Assembly (NCBI GenBank): GCA_017484065.1 | Contig: JAFUTX010000009.1 | Coordinates: forward strand, 23,952-87,951 | DNA from: Bacilli bacterium | GTDB lineage: Bacteria; Bacillota_I; Bacilli_A; RF39; UBA660 | DNA length: 64,000 nt | Reading direction: 5' to 3' | In this document: positions 1-8,489 of the stretch, piece by piece | Layout of the letters: every line of letters starts with the position of its first letter | Numbering within the stretch: position 1 is the first letter of the stretch | Position numbers and translations under genes: made by a program | Notes under the pieces: model-generated | What the model was told of the DNA's origin: nothing | The model's database searches: none | Seen by the model: the letters and a program-made list of their open reading frames with translations, nothing else

Positions 1-483
1 TTCTGTTCCATAAATTGGAGCAATCATACCAACAATCATTGAACCAAAGATAGTAGCAAATGCTTGTAATTTAGTAGTTCCACTCCTTAATAAAACGCTT
101 ATTAAGAAAGGTACAAACACAAGTAATGCTAATGTTTGAGTAAGTAATGCAGTTAACACAACTATAATTAATGAGATAATAGGAATAAATATTTTCTTTT
201 TATCTTCTATTTTTTTAGCTAAAGTAACTACTAATTTTTGATATCCAGTAGTTCTATTTAATACACCATAACATCCAGCTAAGAAAATTAAATAAACAAT
301 TTTATCTAAGCTGAAATATATAGCATAATATAGTAATACAGGTATATCACTAAATCCGATACGTTTTAAATCCATATCTTGAAAAGTTGTCCCACTAAAT
401 GATCCAGTATGGAATATCCATGTCATGATAATAGCAAGTATAGCTATAACACCAATGACTTTTACTAACTTATTTTTTTTCAT
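1..483 (-). CDS. Polytopic membrane protein (putative transporter), N-terminal part only; gene continues beyond the window start
   Basis: ATG at 483-481 preceded by GGGAGG RBS. Translation MKKNKLVKVIGVIAILAII... is hydrophobic and multi-TM. Not in the ORF track because it is truncated by the window edge. Confidence 0.4.
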   Translation of the reverse strand, partial: MKKNKLVKVIGVIAILAIIMTWIFHTGSFSGTTFQDMDLKRIGFSDIPVLLYYAIYFSLDKIVYLIFLAGCYGVLNRTTGYQKLVVTLAKKIEDKKKIFIPIISLIIVVLTALLTQTLALLVFVPFLISVLLRSGTTKLQAFATIFGSMIVGMIAPIYGTE

Positions 484-523
484 ATATTTCCTCCCTATTT
501 AAAATTATAGCTCAAAAATCCCA

Positions 524-548
524 TAAAAAAAAGACTTTTCGTCTTTTA
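524..548 (-). terminator. Rho-independent terminator downstream of lysS
   Basis: Minus strand reads AAGAC-GAAAA-GTCTT followed by a T8 run. The stem is short (5 bp). Confidence 0.45.
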
Positions 549-574
549 ATAGGCATTTTTTGGCATTTTTTTAG

Positions 575-2044
575 CTAATTTTGTGGTTTCATTGTTGGGA
601 ATAATATAACATCTCTAATTGATGGTACATCATATGCAATCATCATTAATCTATCAATTCCAAAACCTAGTCCAGATATTGGAGGCATTCCTGTTTCCAT
701 AGCAAGAAGATAATCTTCATCTAAATCCATAGTTTCATCATCACCTTCAGCCTTAGCCTTTAATTGTTCTTCAAAAGTATTTCTTTGAATTTCTGGATTT
801 ACTAACTCAGAATAAGCATTACATATTTCACTACCACAAACTACTACTTGGAAACAATCTACTATATTACTATTATTATCGTTTCTTCTAGCTAATGGTT
901 TTAACATAGCTGGATAATTATACATAATAGTTGGTTCTATAATATTAGCTCTAATTAACTTTTTATATAAGAAGTCAGTTAATTGAGATACAGATTTATA
1001 TTCAATCATATCATTATAAGTAAATAATCCTTTATCTACTACTTTTTCCTTGTATTTATCAACATCTACTTCGTTTAAGAAATCAAATCCTAATATTTCA
1101 GTAAGCTTTTCAATGTAATTAATTCTATTATATTCACTTTTACCAAAATCTAGTTCATGTCCTTGATAATTTATAACAGTATTACCAGTTAAGAATTTAA
1201 TTGATTCTGATAAGAATTTTTGAAAAAATTTAATATTATCCTCAAAATCCCAGTAAGATGCATACCACTCTACTTGGGTAAATTCAGGACTATGTTCAGT
1301 ATCCATACCTTCATTTCTGAAACATTTAGATACTTCATATACACGATCAAATCCACCAGCAATACACTCTTTTAAATAACACTCTGGAGCAATTCTTAAA
1401 TTACAATCTAAGTCAAGGGCATTATAATGAGTAAAAAAAGGTTTTGCAGTTGCACCAGATACACTAGTTTGAACAATTGGAGTTTCAACTTCTAAGAAGC
1501 CATTTTCTGCTAAATAATTACGTAAGAATAAGTAATATTTACTTCTTCCTAAAAAAACTTTACGAGATTCTTCATTAGTTATTAAATCAACATAACGTTC
1601 ACGATACTTTAATTCAGTATCAGTTAAACCATGAAATTTTTCTGGAAGTGGTCTTAAAGCTTTACCTAAAAATTCAAATTCTTCTACTCTTAATGTCTTT
1701 TCACCAGTTTGAGTAGTAAATATTTCACCTTTAGCTCCAATAAAATCACCAGTATCTATTTGCTTTTTAAAGAAAGCATATTTTTCTTCACCTAGTAAAT
1801 CTATTTTCATTTCTAATTGAAAATTATCTTCAATATCTCTGATTTTAACAAATGATAATTTTCCCATTTTACGGGCAAAAACTATTCTACCTGCTACTTT
1901 AACATCAGTAGTACCATCACTTAAATTTTTAGCTTCACTTAAAGTATGTGTTCTTTCATATTTAGCTGGATACGGATTACATACATTGCTAATTTCTTGT
2001 AATTTTTCTCTTCTTACTATTTCTTGTTCACTTAAATTTCTCAT
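575..2044 (-). CDS. lysS: Lysyl-tRNA synthetase, class II
   Basis: 489 aa. N-terminal OB-fold region plus class II motifs (FRNEG, GLGxGxDR). Typical LysRS length and start. Confidence 0.95.
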   Translation of the reverse strand: MRNLSEQEIVRREKLQEISNVCNPYPAKYERTHTLSEAKNLSDGTTDVKVAGRIVFARKMGKLSFVKIRDIEDNFQLEMKIDLLGEEKYAFFKKQIDTGDFIGAKGEIFTTQTGEKTLRVEEFEFLGKALRPLPEKFHGLTDTELKYRERYVDLITNEESRKVFLGRSKYYLFLRNYLAENGFLEVETPIVQTSVSGATAKPFFTHYNALDLDCNLRIAPECYLKECIAGGFDRVYEVSKCFRNEGMDTEHSPEFTQVEWYASYWDFEDNIKFFQKFLSESIKFLTGNTVINYQGHELDFGKSEYNRINYIEKLTEILGFDFLNEVDVDKYKEKVVDKGLFTYNDMIEYKSVSQLTDFLYKKLIRANIIEPTIMYNYPAMLKPLARRNDNNSNIVDCFQVVVCGSEICNAYSELVNPEIQRNTFEEQLKAKAEGDDETMDLDEDYLLAMETGMPPISGLGFGIDRLMMIAYDVPSIRDVILFPTMKPQN

Positions 2045-2093
2045 TGTTATTTTCCTTTCTATGCAATAAAGTAAGGCCTTTATACATCTAAAA

Positions 2094-2121
2094 ATTATAC
2101 TGACTATTTCGAAAAAGTCAA
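2094..2121 (-). promoter_or_regulatory. Sigma-A-type promoter for lysS (TTGACT, 16 nt spacer, TATAAT)
   Basis: Reverse complement of 2094-2121 reads TTGACT tttcgaaatagtcag TATAAT, about 45 nt upstream of the lysS ATG. The AGGAAA RBS follows. Confidence 0.6.
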
Positions 2122-2155
2122 TACTTGTTACTGAAAAACTTAAAAAAAGAAAGAA

Positions 2156-2887
2156 CTATATTCTTCCTCTAATCTTTAGTACAAATACAAATCCTATTAA
2201 TAGAATAAATAATACTATACCTAATAATATAATAATTGTATTTTTTATACTACTATTACTCGAGTTATTGCTTTCTTCTCTATTAGTATTATCTTCTGTT
2301 ATAGTAGAACCACTCTTATCTTTATATTTCAAGTGAATACTACAATTATTTGGATTACTCTTATTAAAGTACCACATTAATGTATTATTTTCATTACGAG
2401 TTGCATTAGTTTCAACAACTTCATATTTATCAGCTAACTCTATTTTAATACTAACTGTATCTAAATTAGGAAATACTTCAAAACATTTAAATTTATTTAA
2501 TGTACTGATATCAACTGTATTATCACTACTATTCATTGTATAATCTATACTTCCAATACATGAAGTAGTTATAAATCCTCTAGATAGTTCACTTATATCT
2601 AAAAATCTATGAGATGATTTAGTAACACTTTTATCACTAGTTACATCAACATAATCATAATAGTGTATTCCCTCAACTTTCTCAGTTACTTCACTTGGAG
2701 GTAACTCATCATAATATAAAGGTATGTTGTTATTACGATATTGATATAAATCTTCGCCATCACCAACATAATATAAAATTGATTCATCAAAATCATCATC
2801 TATTTTTAAACGATATTCAGCAGTACAACCAGTCAATATAAATAAAATACTAACTAAACATATTAATCTTTTCATTATAATATTCAC
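2156..2887 (-). CDS. Lipoprotein with C-terminal TM anchor; last gene of the T4SS-like module
   Basis: 243 aa. Signal peptide with LTGC lipobox, Asn/Ser-rich body and a C-terminal hydrophobic helix followed by basic residues. Immediately adjoins the hydrolase gene, so probably co-transcribed. Confidence 0.5.
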   Translation of the reverse strand: MNIIMKRLICLVSILFILTGCTAEYRLKIDDDFDESILYYVGDGEDLYQYRNNNIPLYYDELPPSEVTEKVEGIHYYDYVDVTSDKSVTKSSHRFLDISELSRGFITTSCIGSIDYTMNSSDNTVDISTLNKFKCFEVFPNLDTVSIKIELADKYEVVETNATRNENNTLMWYFNKSNPNNCSIHLKYKDKSGSTITEDNTNREESNNSSNSSIKNTIIILLGIVLFILLIGFVFVLKIRGRI

Positions 2888-5803
2888 CTATTTTCCATAA
2901 TACTTTCTTAAATATTCATCCCAATCGACATTAGCTTCTACCAAATAAATCTTGGCATTGGTAAATCTCCCATAAGGAGGAAGTGATAAAGCACTTTTTT
3001 CTACTGGAGCATACACGTCAACTTGATTAGTTGCTAATCCTCCACCAGTATCACTAATATAGAAATATTTATTATTGGCATAAGTAGAAGAATCTGTTTC
3101 TATGTATATTACACTGCCATCTCCGACCCAACTACCTTTAGTAGCAACTTTACCTTTCTCAAGCAGTTCTCCATGCCGATCTAACTTACCACCTTCCATA
3201 GCTGAACCATCACCATTATAGTAAGTAATAATTCCCTGGTCAGTTAATAATCTAAAACCATCTTTATTCGGAGCACTTGCTTGTTCATACTTAAGTAATA
3301 AATCACCATAATTATTAACAATTACTGTTGTAATATCTTCTGCTATTTTATCTCTTTTATTAATGAAATTATTCATTGCAGTTCCATTATCATAAAATTC
3401 CGTTTCTAAATAAGTCATTGGTATACCCTTATCAATAAAGAACTTATAATCATCTAATCCACTAGGTTGATCTTGACACCCAATTTTACCATAACCAGTA
3501 TTTTTAGTTACAGCACTGATTATTTCGTCATCTACAGAAAGGCGAGAATATCCTGGCGAATAGCATGTTGTAGTACCAGTAGCAGTATGATTACCACTAG
3601 CATTAAAATGCAGCTCCATTACATATGAATAATCATTCCAATTAATACTTTGAAAACTAGCAGTATTATTGACTCTTTCATTTCTAAATGAAGCACAATC
3701 ACTACCATCATCACTTAATAATTCATTAGCAATATCAGCTTCTATTCCAGCATTTGCTAAAGCTTTTTGAATTGATTTTGCAAACTTTCTTGTTTCAACT
3801 TCTTCAGCATATCCACTAGAAGCTGTAACTCCACGACATTCACTTACTTGCGCTTGACCAGTAGATGTCGGTCCACCATCTTTTGTATGATTACAATAAT
3901 TATCTTTACCATTACAAGTTCCATTAGATGAATGCCCTGCTATTAACAATACTTTAGACATAGCTGCTACTGAATTTGAGCAATTTGAATTTGAACTATT
4001 TCTTCTAATTGTTTCAACATCTACATTACTAACATCTACACCAGTTACAGCCGAAAATTCTGTTTTATAAGCTTGAACATCTATCATATTATCTTCATTA
4101 GTATAATAACTATCCATATTTACTATTCCGAAAGTTCTTCCCTTTTCAATAGAAGTGGGATTTTTAGCAGCACCAACATGTTTAGATACTAACAAACCAT
4201 AAGTAAAATCTTGTTCTTCCGCTGTATAGATATCATCTCCATCAACACCTACTATTAACATAACGTGTCCGGTGCCTTGGGTTAGTACCAAATCTCCAGG
4301 CTTAGCGCTACAATTTGATGTACACCAATTATTAGAAAATTTAGTATACATTTCACTTGTCCCTTGACCAACATAGTTAAAACCACCATTTTTTAATGAC
4401 CAAGACACAAAACCTGAACAATCCAAAGCTGAATTTTGGCCAGCCCAATTTGGATTAGCACCTAATTGTTGATATTTTCCTCCCCAATCATATTCTAAAT
4501 TATATCCAGTAAGTTCTGGATAATAAACTGACAAAGCTAGTGCTGCAGCTACAACACCTTCTCGAGTTCCAATACCAGCACTTGCAACTTCATTAAATAG
4601 ATAAGTATTAAATTCATTTAAACTTGAACCTTTATTTTCTAAAGCTTTTGCAAAAGTAGTAGTTCCATTAGTAACAGTATAATCTTTAGAACTTATAGTT
4701 CCAATATAATTACTAGATGATCCCATGGCAATAGTTGCACCACTACCACTAGAACTAGCATTAATTGAATAATACTCAATATCATTACCATAATAATATG
4801 ATAATAATTCTTTATAATTCATACCTTTTTCCGTAGCAAGATAATAGGCTCCATATTGGCTCATACCTCGTCCATGTCCACCAGCCCCTACAGCTCTATA
4901 AGTAGCTGGTACATTATGTTCATTTACCCAACTAACTGGTATTTGTTGATCTTGTTGAGCCAAAGTATAAACAGCTGAATTAACTTCTTTTACATAAAAT
5001 GCATCGTATTCTGTACTAATTAAAGACCCATTACGCATTAATACTACACCACTAGTTTCACGAGCAGCTGATAAAAAAGCTTCATCATTAGTAGCACTAA
5101 ATACTTGAGTAGCAGTACTATTACCTATACTACAATCACTACCTACTCTATTTAAAACATAGGTACGAGCAGCAATAGCAAAAGCTTTTAAAGTATCCGG
5201 GGAATCACTAAATAATCCAACTTCACGTGATAAAACTCCTGCTACATAATCATCCATTTCATATCTAGAACCATCAACTGTAATTTCTTTACACTGAGCT
5301 TGATAATAGTTATAATTATTTGAACTACATCCATAATCATCAGCAAGTTCGTAACCTGACATAATTAATATCAACATAATTATAACTATTATTATAATAA
5401 TAACAGCCAATACCCATGGATTAGCAGCAATAAATTTTAATAATGCCGATTTTGCTTTTTCTTCTACAACACTTTTTGCTTTATCAACCGCCATGTTTTT
5501 TGCAGAATCTGCATTATCTTGTGCTGTTTCATTTACTTGTTCTTTTTGATCGTTTTCAGTATTGTTAATATTTTCATCTTCTACAACATCATCAACTTGT
5601 TCATTTACTATTTCTTCTTCATTTTGTAATTCTTCATTTACATTATTTCCATATTCTTCATTAGTATCAGCAACTACTTTTTGTTGAATATCTTTATTTT
5701 TTCTAAAAAATTTAGGTGAAGTATTACTAGCCACTTCATCACGACGATTTATATCTCTACGACGATTTATTCTATCAATCGCATTTTTATTGTTTTGTGC
5801 CAT
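2888..5803 (-). CDS. Conjugation-associated multidomain peptidoglycan hydrolase (SpoIID/LytB-like, NlpC/P60, Amidase_3-like, 3D domain)
   Basis: 971 aa. Acidic N-terminal region then one TM (AVIIIIIVIIMLILIM). SpoIID/LytB motif GHGRGMSQYGA. NlpC/P60 catalytic-Cys context DCSGFVSWSL with downstream His region. Amidase_3-like segment (LLIAGHS...E...ELHFNAS). C-terminal 3D-like Asp-rich segment. Sits where CwlT/TcpG/Orf14 sits in Gram-positive T4SS operons. Confidence 0.75.
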   Translation of the reverse strand: MAQNNKNAIDRINRRRDINRRDEVASNTSPKFFRKNKDIQQKVVADTNEEYGNNVNEELQNEEEIVNEQVDDVVEDENINNTENDQKEQVNETAQDNADSAKNMAVDKAKSVVEEKAKSALLKFIAANPWVLAVIIIIIVIIMLILIMSGYELADDYGCSSNNYNYYQAQCKEITVDGSRYEMDDYVAGVLSREVGLFSDSPDTLKAFAIAARTYVLNRVGSDCSIGNSTATQVFSATNDEAFLSAARETSGVVLMRNGSLISTEYDAFYVKEVNSAVYTLAQQDQQIPVSWVNEHNVPATYRAVGAGGHGRGMSQYGAYYLATEKGMNYKELLSYYYGNDIEYYSINASSSGSGATIAMGSSSNYIGTISSKDYTVTNGTTTFAKALENKGSSLNEFNTYLFNEVASAGIGTREGVVAAALALSVYYPELTGYNLEYDWGGKYQQLGANPNWAGQNSALDCSGFVSWSLKNGGFNYVGQGTSEMYTKFSNNWCTSNCSAKPGDLVLTQGTGHVMLIVGVDGDDIYTAEEQDFTYGLLVSKHVGAAKNPTSIEKGRTFGIVNMDSYYTNEDNMIDVQAYKTEFSAVTGVDVSNVDVETIRRNSSNSNCSNSVAAMSKVLLIAGHSSNGTCNGKDNYCNHTKDGGPTSTGQAQVSECRGVTASSGYAEEVETRKFAKSIQKALANAGIEADIANELLSDDGSDCASFRNERVNNTASFQSINWNDYSYVMELHFNASGNHTATGTTTCYSPGYSRLSVDDEIISAVTKNTGYGKIGCQDQPSGLDDYKFFIDKGIPMTYLETEFYDNGTAMNNFINKRDKIAEDITTVIVNNYGDLLLKYEQASAPNKDGFRLLTDQGIITYYNGDGSAMEGGKLDRHGELLEKGKVATKGSWVGDGSVIYIETDSSTYANNKYFYISDTGGGLATNQVDVYAPVEKSALSLPPYGRFTNAKIYLVEANVDWDEYLRKYYGK

Positions 5804-5828
5804 AATACTTCACCACCTTTATTGCTTT

Positions 5829-7613
5829 CTAGAAGCCTCCTCCTGCTCCAAATGAATCTAATTCTTCAGCAGTAACTACTACATTTATTCTCATTCTTCT
5901 TGAACCACAAATGAATAATCCTTCACCTTGGTTATAATATTTTATACTATTCTTTTCACTATCATTTAAATCTATTAATCTTGCTAAATCATCTACTGCT
6001 TGTTTTTTTAATCCCATTACTAAGTAATAAGATGCATTATCAAATATTGCTTTACCATGAACTAAAACATTAGGTGCAGCAAAGTCAGTAGGTTGTTGTG
6101 TAATGATTATAGTACCAGTATTATACTTTCTACTACGTCTTTGTATTTGAGCTAAGAATTCAGCTCCAAGTTCATTTGCACCAGTAAGAAGTACGTGAGC
6201 TTCATCTACCATCATTACTGTATTAATACTTTTATCTAAGCACATACCCCAAGCATATTTTAAAATATTAAAGAATAAAGCATTTTTTATATTAACATCA
6301 CTATTCATTAACTCTCTTATATTAAATACAACAAAGTTACTTTGAATATTTAGAGTTGTATGACCTGTAAAATAATATCTTAATTCATTTACTAATGGTC
6401 TTACTTTTAACTCTAATCTTTCCATTATATTTTTTTCTTGACTAGCCTCAGGCATAGCAAGTAAACGTCCCTTTATAGTAGCATATACGTCATCAAATGT
6501 AGGAAAGTCACTTGATTTAAATTGTGTAAAATCTGTATTAAAATCTATTTTAAATCTTTTATATGTATCTTGTACTACTTCACTGAACATTGTAAGTACA
6601 TCTTCTTCAATACTTGGAACATAATACTTCATAAATGCTTTTAATTGTTGCAATGTTCTAGTAAGAATTGTATATCCTAAACCTTGAGCAATTTCTTCTT
6701 CATCAGCATCTACTACGATTTCAAGAGGATTGATAAGTCCAAAGTTACCGCCTTTACCTAAATCGATAAAGTCTCCTCGCATAATACGTGCCATATCTTC
6801 AAGTTCTCCCTCAGGGTCTATACAAATAACACGACATCCATTACGGATATGATTTCTTAAAAGAAGCTTAGCTGCTGTAGATTTACCACTACCACTTGAA
6901 CCAAGTAATATCATATTAGCATTATTACGATTAAATTCCTTTTTTACTTGATACAAGAATTGATTAAATAAGATAACTCCACCAGAGAAATCAACACCAA
7001 ATAATGTAGCATTGCCTGGATCTTTAATACTATCAAACACAAATGGATACATAGCTGCTACAGTAATTGAAGGTATTGGTGTTCCTACTCTATTTTCAAT
7101 ATCTTGTTTAGGAAATATTGGTATTATAGATTTAAGAACTTTTTCTTGTTCAAACATTAATGGAACTCCACGCATTCCCATACCATCTAAATAATTACGT
7201 ACTTGAATTTTCTTTAAGTCTAATTCTTCTTTACTATCAGCAGTTATCATAACATGCATTTGAAAATCAAAAATTCTTGCTTGAGTAGCTGCTAATGTTT
7301 GAACAAATTTATCAATTGATTCGTAATCTTGGCGAATACGCTCTTGCATAGTTCTATCTTTTTCAGTTTGATATCTGTTTTTCAAATCAGCTATTTCTTT
7401 ATTTAGCATTTTTTGAACTGTTGAAAAATCTATAGGAATATGCTTAGCAACTACTTTAACACCATTTATGCTAGTAATATCTGAAAGATATCCTACTGGA
7501 ATACTTTTAGGATAACTAACTATAGATAAAATTGTACAATTTTTTCCACCTATAATAAATTCAGTTGGTTTAAAATCTAAACCTTTAGGTGCTACTTCAC
7601 TTTTGAAAGCCAT
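5829..7613 (-). CDS. VirB4/TraE/ConE-family conjugative ATPase, C-terminal approx 590 aa (ATPase domain)
   Basis: Walker A LLGSSGSGKST and Walker B-like MMVDEAH. N-terminus begins with the VirB4 SIVSYPKSIPVGYL-type segment. Overlaps the upstream ORF at a TAATG junction. Confidence 0.8.
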   Translation of the reverse strand: MAFKSEVAPKGLDFKPTEFIIGGKNCTILSIVSYPKSIPVGYLSDITSINGVKVVAKHIPIDFSTVQKMLNKEIADLKNRYQTEKDRTMQERIRQDYESIDKFVQTLAATQARIFDFQMHVMITADSKEELDLKKIQVRNYLDGMGMRGVPLMFEQEKVLKSIIPIFPKQDIENRVGTPIPSITVAAMYPFVFDSIKDPGNATLFGVDFSGGVILFNQFLYQVKKEFNRNNANMILLGSSGSGKSTAAKLLLRNHIRNGCRVICIDPEGELEDMARIMRGDFIDLGKGGNFGLINPLEIVVDADEEEIAQGLGYTILTRTLQQLKAFMKYYVPSIEEDVLTMFSEVVQDTYKRFKIDFNTDFTQFKSSDFPTFDDVYATIKGRLLAMPEASQEKNIMERLELKVRPLVNELRYYFTGHTTLNIQSNFVVFNIRELMNSDVNIKNALFFNILKYAWGMCLDKSINTVMMVDEAHVLLTGANELGAEFLAQIQRRSRKYNTGTIIITQQPTDFAAPNVLVHGKAIFDNASYYLVMGLKKQAVDDLARLIDLNDSEKNSIKYYNQGEGLFICGSRRMRINVVVTAEELDSFGAGGGF

Positions 7614-8209
7614 TATGCCATCACCGTCCCAAAATCAGTACTTACGCGATCATTAAAGAAATTATCCAATAACATTCTTAAATCATCATTGCTAACTTGA
7701 CTTGAATTAAGTCCACAATTAGCTAAAGAGGAAATCATATTATGCAAATTCTTTTGGATTAATTCAGGTCTTTTTTCTTTAAATAGAATAAAGTATTCAG
7801 TATCAACTACATTATAAGCTGCAGTCATAAACATATTTGCTTTATTTATATCTTGCATAATGATTTTACGAGATACTGCATCTTGAGTATTATTATATAA
7901 AACTTGTAATTGAGAAATGTACATATTTATATCTACAGGTCTATCAGCAATAATTAGCCAAAACTCATAATCTATCATATTATAAAATGTTTGTAATTGA
8001 TAAATTATATTATCTTGGGCACCTTGATCTAGTATAAATATATTTTTAGGTGCTACTTTAATACCAGTAACAAATTCACCATTTTCTAGTTCAATCATGC
8101 CATTAACAATTTGTTTTAGTGGTAGCCAATCTTCAGTATATGGGGAAGTTAAATTTTTATTTTTCTTCATGAATACTCCATCCTTTCCAATAATATCTTC
8201 TTCTTTCAA
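7613..8209 (-). CDS. VirB4-family ATPase N-terminal domain fragment (198 aa), separate ORF that appears to have split from the downstream ATPase ORF
   Basis: Ends ...DFGTVMA* and overlaps the ATG of the next ORF (MAFK...) by one base. Combined length of about 790 aa matches single-chain VirB4, Orf16, ConE and TcpF. Confidence 0.55.
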   Translation of the reverse strand: MKEEDIIGKDGVFMKKNKNLTSPYTEDWLPLKQIVNGMIELENGEFVTGIKVAPKNIFILDQGAQDNIIYQLQTFYNMIDYEFWLIIADRPVDINMYISQLQVLYNNTQDAVSRKIIMQDINKANMFMTAAYNVVDTEYFILFKEKRPELIQKNLHNMISSLANCGLNSSQVSNDDLRMLLDNFFNDRVSTDFGTVMA

Positions 8210-8471
8210 TAAAGAATTTAATTATATTAGTAATTAATTGCATTACGTTATGATAATGAGGTACAGGTAGTACCAAAAAACCAGATATTAATGCTGGTGA
8301 AAGTATAAGAATAGCATTCCATATACTACTATTAACTCCACTAATTAATAATAACATTACAAATGTTAAGACTATACCAGTTCCAAATATAGCTAAGTCT
8401 ATGCCAGTAAAGAAACCAAGTATTAGCATTTGTTTCTTTGAGTTAGCTGGTATTAAATAATCGTTATACAC
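8157..8471 (-). CDS. Small 2-3 TM membrane protein, VirB3/Orf17/ConD-like candidate
   Basis: 104 aa. GTG start 7 nt after an AGGAGG RBS. Two long hydrophobic helices. Located between the VirB6-like and VirB4-like genes. Confidence 0.45.
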   Translation of the reverse strand: MYNDYLIPANSKKQMLILGFFTGIDLAIFGTGIVLTFVMLLLISGVNSSIWNAILILSPALISGFLVLPVPHYHNVMQLITNIIKFFIERRRYYWKGWSIHEEK

Positions 8472-8489
8472 CTTTTTATTCCTCCTTTA

